A stretch of DNA of 64,000 bases from Balneolaceae bacterium (lineage in GTDB: Bacteria > Bacteroidota > Rhodothermia > Balneolales > Balneolaceae). Shown in pieces: positions 10,816-23,436 of the stretch. Under the pieces are notes generated by a model. The model made no database searches. It saw only the letters and a program-made list of their open reading frames with translations, and was not told the origin of the DNA. The position numbers and the translations under genes were made by a program. How positions within the stretch are numbered: position 1 is the first letter of the stretch; each line of letters starts with the position of its first letter. The stretch covers positions 503,878 through 567,877 of the forward strand of contig JAXHMB010000003.1 in assembly GCA_034521755.1 (NCBI GenBank), given 5' to 3'.

Positions 10816-11901
10816 ATGCTCTACAAAAACCTGTTGAAGCCTCTTTTATTTAGTATGGAGGCCGAAAAAGCCCATGACATTACCTATGCTTTTGCACAAC
10901 AGGCCGATAAATATTCGATCCTGAAGTTTCTAATTAAGGCAATTTACAACTACCAATCTAAAGAGCTTAGTCAAAGCTTTTGGGGAATCACATTTCGCAA
11001 CCCAATAGGCTTAGCGGCTGGTTTTGATAAAAACGGACATATCCCGGAAACTATTGAAGCAATGGGAGCCGGTTTTACAGAAGTTGGAAGTATTACAGCA
11101 AACCCGAGTACCGGAAATCCCAAGCCAAGATCTTTCCGATTACCGAATGATGATGCGCTTATAAATCGCATGGGACTTAATAATGACGGGGCCAAAACTA
11201 TTGTCAAAAGGCTCAAAAACAAATCCCTGTCTATACCTTTGGGCATTAATGTAGCAAAAACTCATAATCCTTCAATCATGGGCGACAAGGCTATTGAGGA
11301 CTACGTATTCAGCTTTACGGAAGCCCAAAAAGTTGCCGATTATATTACTATCAATATTTCATGCCCAAATACTGCCGAGGGTAAAACATTTGAAGATCCT
11401 TCGATTCTTGATGAGCTGCTTGCTGCTCTCAATATCAAGGCAGATGCAAGTATGGTGCCCTCTCTCGTTAAGTTCTCCTGCGACCTTAAAAAAGAAAAGT
11501 TAGTAGAGCTGCTGGATGTCTGTGAAAGTCATAGAGTACACGGATATGTTGCATCCAATACTTCTTCAAAAAGAGAGCACCTGCAAACTGACTCTGACAC
11601 GTTAAAAAACATAGGACAAGGTGGACTAAGCGGAGTTCCCATTCATCAAAAAAGTGTGCAGCTGGTTAAGTGGATCAGCGAAGAAACAAAGGGGCAAAAA
11701 CCAATTATAGGAGCAGGCGGCATCAACTCATTCGAAAGTGCTTTGAACATGCTCAAAGCCGGGGCAGATTTGCTGCAAATTTATACAGGCTTTATTTATG
11801 AAGGGCCCGGCCTAGTTAAGGATATAAATAAAACTCTGACCGGATACCTGCGTGCTCGACAAGCCGATTCTCTATTGCAGCTGCCAACCCATAATTATTA
11901 G
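10816..11901 (+). CDS. pyrD: Dihydroorotate dehydrogenase (quinone), class 2
   Basis: 361 aa with 'GLAAGFDKNG', 'NRMGLNNDG', 'NISCPNT' and 'GGLSG'. Confidence 0.9.
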   Translation: MLYKNLLKPLLFSMEAEKAHDITYAFAQQADKYSILKFLIKAIYNYQSKELSQSFWGITFRNPIGLAAGFDKNGHIPETIEAMGAGFTEVGSITANPSTGNPKPRSFRLPNDDALINRMGLNNDGAKTIVKRLKNKSLSIPLGINVAKTHNPSIMGDKAIEDYVFSFTEAQKVADYITINISCPNTAEGKTFEDPSILDELLAALNIKADASMVPSLVKFSCDLKKEKLVELLDVCESHRVHGYVASNTSSKREHLQTDSDTLKNIGQGGLSGVPIHQKSVQLVKWISEETKGQKPIIGAGGINSFESALNMLKAGADLLQIYTGFIYEGPGLVKDINKTLTGYLRARQADSLLQLPTHNY

Positions 11902-11916
11902 AGGCCTTTGCAAAGA

Positions 11917-14466
11917 CTAGTTCTCTACAGGAAAGCTCACCAAGCATTGTATATGTTCAATACTGTTCTCAAACTCAAACGGATAGAATACAAGGTGATT
12001 ATTTATAGCAGTATTATACGCCGACTCAAGTGAAGATAACGTACTCCTTGATTGCAGTTCAAAGTCTTTAACCTCACCCGTTCGTGAAATAGTAATTAAA
12101 TACGATATAGAACCGGATAAGCGTTGGTTCCCAAGCTCTTCGGGCAGTTTAATATTACTCAAAAAGGCATTCATATCAGGCTTCACACGTGCTTCAACCC
12201 CCAATTGAGAACAGCTGGCGATAGAATCTTCAGGTGTATTTGCTGCAAGAATATCATTCAGCTTATCGACCTTCTCTTTATAAGGCTGAAGCTCAAATTC
12301 AGTTAGATGCTCATTTACAAGTATTCGCACACTGTCCCAGTATGCACCGGTAAAAGGATTGACATTCCTTCTTTCAACTAAGATACTATCTTTCCTCCAG
12401 TACTGATGATAGGCCGTTGAATCAGTATTAGCCTTGGCCCGATTTAAATATCCCTGTAGTGCCCGAAAATGAATGTGAGGTGCTAAATTATTCGCCGCAT
12501 TTTCTAGTGCCAAGGTACGGTACCTTCGGGCTTTCACCATCGTAGAATCTTGTGTTTTTTCTATATCTTGAAACTGTTGCAAGAGGGGGTCTTCACTTTC
12601 ACTTACAGATGAATTATCTGGATTTTCTTGCTCCTTAATTCTTTGTGCATAAATGGTGTCTTCGTGTTCAGTCAAAATCTGTTTTGAAAGCACATCTGCT
12701 TTTGCAGTCTGATCATTAGATTTATATACCTGATACAATGCATACTTTGTTCTGGCAATCAATGCTTCATCAGCATATTCACTATCAATCACTTTGGTAA
12801 AATAAGTCTCAGCGCTATCCGGCATATTTAATGTCAGAAAAAACAGGTTGCCAATCTGATATTGTATATTAGCTTTTTCTCTGTGTGCCTGCCTCTTTTC
12901 TTCAGCCGTTCTAGGAATTTCACTTACATCTATATTCAATGCTTCATCGCTGTAAGCGGCGCTGACAGAAGGGACTTCTGAACCGTTTATTTCAGGTATC
13001 TCTTGTTCATTTGTATTCCCCTGGATGGCTTCAGCCCGCCGCCAATTATCAACCAGTGGCCTGTTACCCCAAATCGCTTTAAAATTACTGGAAGCAGCGG
13101 ATGCCAGCTGGGCATTTCGGTAGTTTAAGAAACCAAAATTATTTCCACGACCCGTATCTTCCCCTCCTTCAATATTCTCGTCTGGTACATTTGATAATAC
13201 ATTCCGCTCAGATTCGTCATCTTCTGCCAGCCGGTTGATTCGATTGCGCCTGATAATTTGCAAGGTAGAATCCAACTCTTCCTTGTTTAAACTTCCCAAT
13301 GCCAATAAACTGTCAACATCTTGTTCCCTGGATTTTAGAGAAGCATAGCTTCCGTAAGCTGATGCCATCGGCGCGCCTGCTTCACCCTCAAAATTCTGCC
13401 CGGATACTGCCGATGAAGAGTCAAAGTAAGCTGCTGCAATTTCATAATCGTTGTAATAATCGCTGTATATTTTACCAAGTTGGTAATAGGCCTTGGATTG
13501 AATCTCAGGACCGGGTTGATTAACCGTTGAACCAAGTAATTGTTTATACCTTTTCTCAGAACTTTCGGTTCTACCAAGAGCCTGCTCTGTCTTTGCAATT
13601 TGAAAAACAATCTCACTCATTCTTTCAAAATTTTTATCATCTTTAGACATACTTGAAAAGATATAGTAAGCCTGATCAAGGTTACCCGCCTTGCGTGCAA
13701 TTTTTCCTTTACTTAACTCTGCCCAATAGCTGTACTGATAATCAGTATAAACTGAAGTGACTCTGTCAAAAATAAGATAGGCCTGATTGTAGTTTTCTAA
13801 TTCCTCATGTACTTGGGCATACAAAAAATAGGCCCTCATTTTTAATGATCGGCCATCAAGATTAGATACCGAAGGTTTTAACTGGTCATGTGCAGCCTGC
13901 CAATTTCCAAGCATAACATGATGTTCAGCAATTAAAACCCGAGTCTCTGCTTCAAACTCAGGTTCCCATTGCTTCTCCAACACAGTTAACTCTTCTTCTA
14001 AGAAAGAAATACCTTCACTGTGTTGATTCAGATCCAATAATGTGCGCCCCTTCCAAATTACAGACTTCTGCCTCAATACCGGGTCTTGGGCAACCTCATA
14101 AAGTTCCTCAAACTTTTGTAATCCAAGATAATATTCTTTCCTGTAATAATATGATTTCCCCATTAAAAAAAGTGCGTTATCCACCCACTTGGAATCAGGG
14201 AACCTTCGAATAATTTGTGCTCCCTTGTCAATCGTATTCTGAAACTCTTCTGCAGCTGTTTGTGGGAGCTCCAAGTGCACCCGAACAGGTTTATCCGGAT
14301 TAATAGATATATTTTGGCTTAAAACCTTTTTCTGTCCTGCGTGAAAGCTTTTTTCAGCATTATAATAAGTGTTATAGTGAGCCCTGAAATTAGTCCAGGA
14401 CTGCTGAACAGCTCCACCACAGCCTGCAACAAACATTGCCGTCAATATATAGGGTAACCATTTCAA
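11917..14466 (-). CDS. Large TPR-repeat lipoprotein
   Basis: 849 aa. Lipobox 'MFVAGCGG'. Many TPR-like repeats of the 'A.Y.LGK.YY' type. Function unknown. Confidence 0.6.
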   Translation of the reverse strand: MKWLPYILTAMFVAGCGGAVQQSWTNFRAHYNTYYNAEKSFHAGQKKVLSQNISINPDKPVRVHLELPQTAAEEFQNTIDKGAQIIRRFPDSKWVDNALFLMGKSYYYRKEYYLGLQKFEELYEVAQDPVLRQKSVIWKGRTLLDLNQHSEGISFLEEELTVLEKQWEPEFEAETRVLIAEHHVMLGNWQAAHDQLKPSVSNLDGRSLKMRAYFLYAQVHEELENYNQAYLIFDRVTSVYTDYQYSYWAELSKGKIARKAGNLDQAYYIFSSMSKDDKNFERMSEIVFQIAKTEQALGRTESSEKRYKQLLGSTVNQPGPEIQSKAYYQLGKIYSDYYNDYEIAAAYFDSSSAVSGQNFEGEAGAPMASAYGSYASLKSREQDVDSLLALGSLNKEELDSTLQIIRRNRINRLAEDDESERNVLSNVPDENIEGGEDTGRGNNFGFLNYRNAQLASAASSNFKAIWGNRPLVDNWRRAEAIQGNTNEQEIPEINGSEVPSVSAAYSDEALNIDVSEIPRTAEEKRQAHREKANIQYQIGNLFFLTLNMPDSAETYFTKVIDSEYADEALIARTKYALYQVYKSNDQTAKADVLSKQILTEHEDTIYAQRIKEQENPDNSSVSESEDPLLQQFQDIEKTQDSTMVKARRYRTLALENAANNLAPHIHFRALQGYLNRAKANTDSTAYHQYWRKDSILVERRNVNPFTGAYWDSVRILVNEHLTEFELQPYKEKVDKLNDILAANTPEDSIASCSQLGVEARVKPDMNAFLSNIKLPEELGNQRLSGSISYLITISRTGEVKDFELQSRSTLSSLESAYNTAINNHLVFYPFEFENSIEHIQCLVSFPVEN

Positions 14467-14490
14467 TATATTGTGGAGGTCATTTTATCA

Positions 14491-15927
14491 CTATTTAATA
14501 GTACTTACTTTAATCATATTGGTGCGGCCGCGTTTAGCAATAGGCATTCCCGTGGCAATAATGACACGGTCGCCCAAATCAACCATCCCATTATCTTTTA
14601 AGTACTCTTCCATTAGCCTTACACTTTTATCCGTATCAAATATTTCATCAATTTTTACGGGCCGAACGCCCCAAACCAAAGCCAGCTGTCTGCGAACTTT
14701 ATCACTTTCTGTAAAAGCAACCAATGGTACCTGCGGACGAAATTTTGCTATTCTCCTTGCTGTACTTCCCGAATGAGTAATTGTACTTATAGCTTTCGCA
14801 TCTACATTTTCTGCAAGCATTACGCATGAATATGCAAGCGACTCTATAATTTGTTTCTCTTTCCACTCAGGTTTTTTGTACCCAAGGCTATTGTAAATAT
14901 GAGAAGCATTCTTCTCAACAGAGCTGCATATTTTATCCATCGCCTTTAATGCTTCAATAGGATATTCGCCGGCAGCCGTTTCTCCAGATAACATTACTGC
15001 ATCAGTCCCATCCAAAACAGCGTTAGCCACATCAGAGCTTTCTGCTCTGGTAGCGCGGGCATTCACCATCATTGACTCAAGCATTTGTGTAGCCGTAATA
15101 ACCGGTTTCCCTGCTTTGCGACAGCGATCAATTATTTTTTTCTGTACAAGAGGTACGCGCTCGCTTGCTATTTCTATACCCAGGTCACCACGTGCCACCA
15201 TAATAGCATTGGCCTCTTCAATAATATCATCAATAACTCCAACAGCTTCGGGTTTTTCAATTTTGGCAATAATGCCGGCTTCACTGCCGGATGCCCGTAC
15301 CCGCGAAATAACATCTTGAATATCATTGGCAGATCTTACAAACGACATCGCTATATAATCTACCTGTTGCTCCAGCGCAAACTCAAGGTCTTCAATATCT
15401 TTTTTTGTGAGCGATGACATTGACAATTTCACTCCCGGGAGGTTTACGCCCTTTCGGGATTTTAACTTGCCGCCAACAATAACCTGGGCAATAATTTCGC
15501 TGCCCTCTATTTTTACAACTTTAAGTTCAAGCAGGCCGTCATCCATAAGAATACGATCTCCGGCTTCGGCATCTTCCGACAGTTTGCTATAATCTATCGG
15601 AACTACTTCAGATGTTCCCTCCTTTTCATTATCTGAGGTAAGCGTTACATAAGTCCCGCTTTCCAAATGCTGAGCTCCCTCCTTCATGTTGCCAACCCGA
15701 ATTTTGGGGCCCTGTAAATCTGCAAGAATAGGAACAGGAATTTCATACATCGCCGAGATCTTGTTTATCAATTCAATAACCCCTGCATGTTCTTCATGAC
15801 TCCCATGAGAAAAATTAATCCGGGCCATGTCCATCCCATTTTGGATAAGCTCCTTTATTCTTTCTTCAGTATTACTGCTCGGACCCAGGGTGCAAACAAT
15901 TTTAGTACGGCGATCTTTTAGAAACAT
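14491..15927 (-). CDS. pyk: Pyruvate kinase
   Basis: 478 aa with 'RRTKIVCTLGPSS', 'MDMARINFSHG', 'IIAKIE' and 'MVARGDLGIE'. Confidence 0.95.
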   Translation of the reverse strand: MFLKDRRTKIVCTLGPSSNTEERIKELIQNGMDMARINFSHGSHEEHAGVIELINKISAMYEIPVPILADLQGPKIRVGNMKEGAQHLESGTYVTLTSDNEKEGTSEVVPIDYSKLSEDAEAGDRILMDDGLLELKVVKIEGSEIIAQVIVGGKLKSRKGVNLPGVKLSMSSLTKKDIEDLEFALEQQVDYIAMSFVRSANDIQDVISRVRASGSEAGIIAKIEKPEAVGVIDDIIEEANAIMVARGDLGIEIASERVPLVQKKIIDRCRKAGKPVITATQMLESMMVNARATRAESSDVANAVLDGTDAVMLSGETAAGEYPIEALKAMDKICSSVEKNASHIYNSLGYKKPEWKEKQIIESLAYSCVMLAENVDAKAISTITHSGSTARRIAKFRPQVPLVAFTESDKVRRQLALVWGVRPVKIDEIFDTDKSVRLMEEYLKDNGMVDLGDRVIIATGMPIAKRGRTNMIKVSTIK

Positions 15928-16150
15928 AAATTTAAATTTAAAACATTTTTGAGAATATCAGAGCAATATGTGGCTGAACTTATAAAAACATTTGATACCC
16001 TAATAAACTATAAGTTAAAAATTAACTTTAAGACTTTTTTACTTATTCCAAGAAATTACATTGACAAAAGTAATATTTACATTATCGTAGGAGTTAAATA
16101 TTATAGATAATATATTTACAATCAGAAACGGTATTTCAAATAGTTATTCA

Positions 16151-17591
16151 ATGATTAAGATTAGACCGCAAAACTTTAACATAAATTTAATTTTAATTTT
16201 TGTGCTGGTTTTTCTTGCAAGTTGCGCGCGGCAATCCAATCCTGATATAGGCCGGGGCTCTACCTATCAATTTGTAGAAGGTTATCCGGAGCTTCGCTTT
16301 TCTACTGTAGGCTTCATTAATGAACAAGGGATTCCAACTCTAAATATTACAGCAAGCATAGTTTATGGCAGCCTCATATATAAAGAGGTAGACTCTGAAC
16401 AACAGGCAAATATAGGTATTGAAATTCGAATTGTAGATATGTCTGAATCAAAAGAAAATAGGAGCCCTGTTGAAACTAAGCAATACAGTTATACCTTCAG
16501 CCAAGATGATACAAACATCATTAACAGTCAGGACTCATTTGACTTCCAGGAACAAATAGAAGTATCACCCGGAAGCTATAAGATATATTTTACTGTAACC
16601 GACCAGCATTCCGGAAAAACTATAGCAAGAACTGCAACATCATCTATCCCTGATCCCAATAATAATGAGCTGGCTCTCACTGAAATACGAATGCTCGGCA
16701 AAGATATGGATGCAAGTTCTCCAGAATGGATTCCCATTAATACCTATGATGTAACAAGTGCAATTGATTCTTTGAGGTTCATCTTTCAGGTAACAAACAA
16801 TAAATCTGAGGAACCCCTTTCCATTAGCTCAGAATTAGTACGTTTTAGGTCCGACTCATCTATTGCCCGACCCATGCATTTTAACAATTATTCTCCCTCA
16901 AGCATAACCTATAAGGGTGTCGACTATTCTGAAGAAACAATTATACAAGAACGGCAACGTCAGCTTTTACAAGAAGGAAGTGTACTTATTGAATTTAGAT
17001 TTGCTAAACAGCCGCGCGGCAACTACCGGTTTCGGGTACAATCAGACAAAGAAGAAACCCAATTATTTAAGGCGCGGGATTTTGGTGTAAAAAGCAAAAA
17101 TTATCCGGCTCTTAAAACAGCAAGAGAATTAGCTCGTCCCCTGGCTTACCTGATGAACGATAAAGAACATGATGCATTAATGTCTATCTCTAATTCTGAT
17201 TCTTTAAAAAAGGAAATTGACAGATTTTGGTTAAAAAATATTGGCAACCAAAATAAAGCGGTCAATGTTCTAAAAATGTATTACGAACGGGTTGAAGCAG
17301 CAAATAAACAGTTTTCATCGTTCAAGGAAGGATGGAAAACAGATACAGGTATGATTTACATTCTGTTTGGGCCTCCCTGGCAGGTAGAAAAATCCGAAAC
17401 AAATGCGATGGGCTTACACTTACAATAGTAACGATCCGGACTATAATTATTATTTCCAGGCATCAGATCTCAAGTCTGAATTCTACCCATTTGACAACTA
17501 CCTGCTGATGAGGCAGCAACAGTATTTTAGTATCCAGTATAATCAAGTACAGCTTTGGCTGACAGGTCAAATCCTAAACAAACGACTTTAG
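16151..17591 (+). pseudogene. GWxTD-domain protein, C-terminus shifted into another frame
   Basis: 425-aa ORF with lipobox 'LASCAR' ends just after 'GWKTDTGMIYILFGPPWQ'. The overlapping ORF 17403..17591 continues the family-typical tail ('WAYTYNS..'). Confidence 0.6.
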
Positions 17592-17954
17592 CGCAAGCAA
17601 CATCGATTACATACAATTTGGTAGTGTGCTCTGCCTTTTCTTATGATTAAAAAATAAAATTTACCCAATCTGCTTTCATAACCTAAAAAATATGCGCTAA
17701 GAGCAGCAATGGCATAATTTTATTAGGTTTTATGAGAAATTTTTTTGTTTTTTTGTACCGAAAAATTACCTTTATTAACAGTACTGTTTAAGTCAGTACA
17801 AGCTGGCTGCCACATTTGTAAACAGTGCGTTAAAAAAGCAGAAGGAAATTGTTAAACTTTGGGTCATTACTTGCTCTCTTAAATGTGGCCTCAGCAGGTC
17901 TAAAGCCCATTTTTTTAGCCTTTCTACTGCTTCTTTTCAAATCATAATCAAATA

Positions 17955-20900
17955 ATGAGGTTATTTATGCTTAGAAAGCTACTCAACTCAGTAGTCATTG
18001 TTCTGGTTTTTGCGTCTATTAGTTTCGCACAGACCGGCTCATTGACAGGAACTATAACTGATGCTTCCTCAGGCGATGTCCTCCCGGGTTCCAACGTTCT
18101 TATCGTTGAACTCTCGAGAGGTGCACCTACCAATGCGGATGGTGTATACGAAGTACGAAACATCCCTGTAGGAACTTATACTGTTCGCGCTTCCTTCCTT
18201 GGATATAGCGTTAACGAACAGCAAGTAGAAATTAGTTCAGGGGAAAACACCCTTGACATTCAACTTCAACCAGACACCTTCGGTCTTGACGAAATCGTTG
18301 TTACCGGTGTAATTTCCGGAACTCCGAAAAAGAAGCTTGCTTTTACAGTAAGCAGCGTCAGCTCTGAAGAACTCGAAAAAGTACCTGCCAGCAACGTTGC
18401 CGGTGCTTTGCAGGGTAAAATGGCCGGTGTAAAGGTTATTAACAATACTGGTGCTCCAGGCGGTGCCGCTTCAATTCGTTTGCGTGGTTCTACTGCAATC
18501 GGAGGCGGTAGTGGTGGAGACCAAGATCCTCTCATCATCGTTGATGGTGTGATTCTTGAAGGTACACTTGCCGACATCCCTACCCAGAGCATCAAGAACA
18601 TTGAGGTTCTGAAAGGTGCTTCTGCTGCATCACTTTACGGCTCCAGAGCTGCTAATGGTGTAATTCAGATTTTCACCAACCGTGGCAGCTAAGGCGCAAC
18701 CGGGTAAAACTAATGTAGTCATTAAACGAATATGGTACTTCGTTCTTAAGGCAAGCAATGGCCTCTGCGAGAAAGCCACAGCTTTACTCACAGCTCAGGA
18801 AGTTACTAATGCCGGTGGTAACCCAGCAAACTACAGCCTAGATCCAACAGGCAGTTACATGGTAGACGGTAATAACAACCGTATCCAAGCTGCTGACGGT
18901 ATTGCTGACAACCCATACGGACAGACTTTCGATCAGTTAGACCGTGTTTATGATCCGGGAACAACGTTGAATAACTTTGTTTCTGTTTCACAATAATGAG
19001 ACATCCAACTTCTCTCTTTCATTCTCTAACTTCAGAGAATCAGGAGTTGTTAAGTATACTGACGGATACAACCGACAAAACGTACGGTTTAACCTTTACC
19101 AAAACATTACTGAAGGTTTAGATCTTTCAGCCAGTGGTAGTTACTCACAGTCTACAAACGACCAGGTAACACAGGGTCCGGGATCTCCTTTCTGGGGCGC
19201 TGTATTTATGCAGCCTAACTACGACATTCTTGCTGATAACGAAGAAGACGGATCTCGATTTAATGTAAACGCTGATCCCTATTCTGTAGAGGACAACCCT
19301 CTGTATAGTTTAGATCAGGAAGAGCGTACTACAGATCGTAACCGCTACTTAGGAAATATGCAACTCAAGTATCGTCCTATTCAGCCTGTATTGCTTGAAG
19401 CCAGCTACAGTATCGACCGGACCAATTCAGTCTATGAGCGATTTATTCCCAAAGGAATCCTTTCAAGTACTGGTTTTTCAACCAGCTCAAACTCAGGTCA
19501 GCTGCGTCGTTCTACCTTTGAGAACGTTGCTCAAAACATGAGCGTTACTGCCGGATACGATGAACGTTTCGGTGATGTTAACGTACGTGTTAAAGCAAGT
19601 TACCTCTATGAGGACAGTGATTTCCAATCATTTGGTGCTACCGGTAACGACTTCGCCATTGGTGGAGTTAAGTCCTGGGATGCTATCCAAAGCAGTGGTA
19701 CAAAGAGCCTGGACAACAGGACCACACAAGTACGATCCGAAAACATTTTCGGTATCGTAGCTCTTGACTACAAAGACCGTTATATCTTTGACCTGTTGGT
19801 TCGTCGAGATGGTTCATCTCTCTTTGGTGAAGATGAGCGTTATAACAACTACTTCCGTGCTTCCGGTGCTTACCGTATCACAGAAGATGTTGACATACCT
19901 GGATTCAATGAATTGAAAGTACGTGCCTCTTATGGTACTGCCGGTCTGCGTCCTCCGTTCTCAGCACAATACTTAACATACAACCTTAGCGGTGGTAACC
20001 CATCCAAGAATACCTTGGGTAACCCTGAATCGAAGCCTGCTCTTTCAAAAGAGCTTGAGGTTGGACTTAACGCTGAGTTCCTGAACAGGTTCTCATTCGA
20101 AGGTTCTTATTCAACAACTACTGTTGAAGACCAATCCCTTAACGTACCTCTGCTGCTTTCGCAGGTGGATTCAACTCCAGATGGGAAAATGCAGGTACTA
20201 TCGAAACCAACACTATTGAAGCTTCTCTTAACGCGCAGGCTATTCAGCAGCGTGACATGAGCTTGAGCTTCGGAGTTATCTTCGATCGTACACGTCAGGA
20301 GATTACCGAACTGGACGTTGCACCTTTCTTCCAAGGGCCTACAACACAGAATGCTGATGTATTCTTTGTGGCCGAAGGAGAAACATACGGTGTAATGTAC
20401 GGTACTAAGTGGGCTACGAGCATCGATCAGCTTACACAAAATCAGATTGCAAATGCTGGTGGACAAGCTGCTCTTAGCGTAAACAGTGACGGTTATGTTG
20501 TTACCGGAGAAGGAACACCTTCTGAGGCTCCTATCAACAGACTTAACGAAGATGGAGATTCCATTATTAAGATTGGAGATGTTAACCCTGACTTTAACGT
20601 AGGGTTCTCAAGTAACTTCAATTACAAAGGTTTTGGACTCTACATGCTTTGGGACGCCAAAATTGGCGGCGATATTTACAACCAAACAAAGCAGTGGTTG
20701 TTCAGAGAAGCCAGACATGGAGAAGTAGACCAAGCTGGAAAATCCGACAAGAAGCCGGAAAACTATTACAGAGCTTTCTATAACACCAACAACCCAAGTT
20801 CTTACTTCGTGGAAGATGGTACGTATATTAAGCTGCGTGAAGTTTCTGTTTCTTATAGATTCGGACAAGATCAGCTGGGAAGCCTTGGCAACGTATTTGA

Positions 20901-21069
20901 GAGCATCAATATTAGTGCCATTGGCCGTAACCTACTTACTATCACTGACTACTCAGGTTACGATCCTGAAGTTGCTGGTGTAAATGGCGACCCGACAAAC
21001 TTCGCCTTTGATGGATTTACATATCCTAACTTTACATCAATTTCTGGATCTCTGGAACTCAGATTCTAG
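17955..21069 (+). pseudogene. SusC/RagA-type TonB-dependent outer-membrane receptor, at least 3 frame disruptions
   Basis: Four consecutive ORFs: 17955..18692, 18682..18996, 18977..20260 and 20257..21069. Signal peptide, CarboxypepD_reg-like 'GTITDASSGDVLPGSNV', plug 'GSRAANGVIQIFTNRG', and a beta-barrel ending in '...LELRF'. Combined length is about 1038 aa. Confidence 0.8.
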
Positions 21070-21093
21070 ATTTAATTTAAAAAGAGATTACTT

Positions 21094-22697
21094 ATGAAAT
21101 CTTTAAAATATATCTTAAAAACTAAGCATGAACTCCTTGGCTTGTTTGTACTTGCCGCAGGTTGCGCAGATTTAGCGGTTGAGAATAAAAACTCACCGAC
21201 TACAGCCCAGGTGTTATCTGAACCTGCCGATATTGAATCACTGGTACAAACCGGCTTTGTAGGCTGGTGGCAAGCAACTACAGGCACTTATGTGGCTGGG
21301 TTGCGTGTTGGATCAGACGTTTATTCCTGCTCGTGGGGTAACTTTGATATGAGAAACCGTGGTACAGAACCACGTATCCCATATGACAACAACCCTACTG
21401 CCAGTGGCGATGCAAAAGCAATGGCTGAAGACCCATGGTACGGTCTTTATGGAAACCTGGTACAAGCTAATGACTACCTTCAGGCTATGGAAGAGCAGGA
21501 TTTAACTATTCCGAGCCCTGATGCACCAGCAGTTTCTGATGAAGACTACACTACAATGGTTACTGCTGCAGCCAGACTGCTTCAAGGTTTAACCCTTGGC
21601 GATCTTGGACTGTATTTCGACAAAGCATTTATCTTTGACGAAACGACTACCCAAGACGAGCTGCTTAATCTTCAATTTAGCTCACCTGCAGATGTACTTG
21701 CAGCGGCAGATGCTAAGCTTGCAGAAGCAGCCAACCTTGCCAGTGGCTTACCGGCTGCTGTAACACTTGGTGACGGCTATATCAGCGGTTACGATGGTAT
21801 GACCATGAACGATGAATTCGTTCAGCTTGTCAATACACTGCGTGCCCGTTATATGGTACTCGGTGCTCGTACACCTGCTGAAAATAGCGCCCTTGACTGG
21901 AATGCTATTAAAGGATTCGCTGCCAATGGCATAGACTTTGACTTCTCTCCTGTTGGCAACTATGAATTCTGGTTCAGCTATCCACTGCTTTACAGTGATA
22001 GTGCCTTAGGTAACTGGGCACGTATGGACCAAAGTATCGTTTGTGAAATGGACCCGAGTCAGCAATGTACTTATCCTACAGATGGCACCTTCCTGGACAA
22101 GCATCATCTAACGATGATCGCCTGACATCTGACTGGGTACATGATGCTAACATTCCTTACCCGGCATCTCGTGGTTTGTACTTCTATACAGAATACGAGC
22201 CAAACAGATATCCACAAATGTCCTTCTTTAACCCCAACGGCGCGGTTGGCCCTATGCCACACGTCTTACAGGCTGAGAATGACCTGATGTGGGCTGAAGC
22301 TGTTGCACGTACCAATGATGCAGCTAACTATGCAGCTGCTGCTCAGGCCGTAAACAACACGCGTGTTGGTCGCGGTAACTTATCACCTATGGATGCAACA
22401 GATTTCACTGCAGGTAACGCCATAGATATGATCCGTTACGAGCGTGAGATTGAGTTATTTAACTCTGGCTTCATGCAGGCTACAGGTGACAGAAGAAGAT
22501 TTGGAGAACTGCAGACCGGTTCATTGATTCACTATCCGGTACCTGCTAAAGAACTCCTGATTCTTCAGCAAGAGCTGTACACTTATGGTGGTGTGAATAA
22601 CACTGATCAGGATGGTACTGCCGGTAAAGTCGGAGAGAATCCATTCGATATTAAGCTTACTAACGTTAAGGATCTTGACATCCCAACGAAGCAATAA
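21094..22697 (+). pseudogene. SusD/RagB-family nutrient-binding lipoprotein, one frame disruption
   Basis: ORFs 21094..22125 and 22065..22697 overlap in different frames. Lipobox 'LAAGCAD'. Sits directly after the SusC-like gene. Combined length is about 534 aa. Confidence 0.7.
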
Positions 22698-22718
22698 GCT
22701 TTAATTCACTAAGATTTA

Positions 22719-22751
22719 AAAGGGCACTTTCTTCGGAAAGTGCCTTTTTTT
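22719..22751 (+). terminator. Rho-independent terminator after the SusD-like gene
   Basis: Hairpin ggcactttc-ttcg-gaaagtgcc followed by a T7 run. Confidence 0.75.
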
Positions 22752-22805
22752 ATTATCTTATGTTAACACATTGAAAAATGAATACACTTATACAATTTAA
22801 CAAGT

Positions 22806-23333
22806 ATGGCTATGGAAACTTTCAAATTCTCGAACAATATTAAATTTAGCAGCCTTGCACTTTTCCTATTGGGAATTACTTTCTTTTTAGGCGGATGCTC
22901 AGCAGGATTGAACAGTGGAATTGACAATACTTATACCCTTACACTGGGAGATGCTGAAGAACAGGGCGTTCAGGAGGTTGTAACAAGATTAAGGAACAAT
23001 CACCATTATGAAATTGAGCGGAATGATACGTACACCAGCGGAGAATCGCGTGTTACCACCTATTGGAAAAAGAGTCCTCCCTTTTCTAAGGATCCCAATT
23101 ACAAGGCACAACAGGTTGAAACACGTATTATACTAACTACAAGACTACGGTCCAGCCAAGGTTACCGGCTATTTCGTATCAAGTTTCAGGGTGAATACAG
23201 AGCACTGATGCCGACTGAAACCGGTGGAAGTGAATTTCAGAAAATGCCTTTAACTGAAGAAGCAGAAGATTACTTTAAAGACATTGCTTATGACCTTAAG
23301 GATCAAGTCTCAGGCAGTAGCCGTGGTTTCTAG
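22806..23333 (+). CDS. Small lipoprotein of unknown function
   Basis: 175 aa with signal and lipobox 'FFLGGCSAG'. Bracketed by terminators. Confidence 0.5.
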   Translation: MAMETFKFSNNIKFSSLALFLLGITFFLGGCSAGLNSGIDNTYTLTLGDAEEQGVQEVVTRLRNNHHYEIERNDTYTSGESRVTTYWKKSPPFSKDPNYKAQQVETRIILTTRLRSSQGYRLFRIKFQGEYRALMPTETGGSEFQKMPLTEEAEDYFKDIAYDLKDQVSGSSRGF

Positions 23334-23354
23334 GTTAAAATAAATAGGGACTTC

Positions 23355-23387
23355 AAAAGGCTCACAAATAAATGTGAGCCTTTTTTA
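23355..23387 (+). terminator. Rho-independent terminator
   Basis: Hairpin ggctcaca-aataaa-tgtgagcc followed by a T6 run. Confidence 0.7.
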
Positions 23388-23436
23388 TTGGCATCCGGTT
23401 TCAAGTCAGCATGTAAACTGGCATATCTTACCTTTT

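Noticed and set aside
17403-17591. Separate 62-aa gene after the GWxTD ORF
   Set aside because: Its sequence continues the GWxTD-family C-terminus and overlaps the preceding ORF in another frame, so it is treated as the shifted tail of the same gene.
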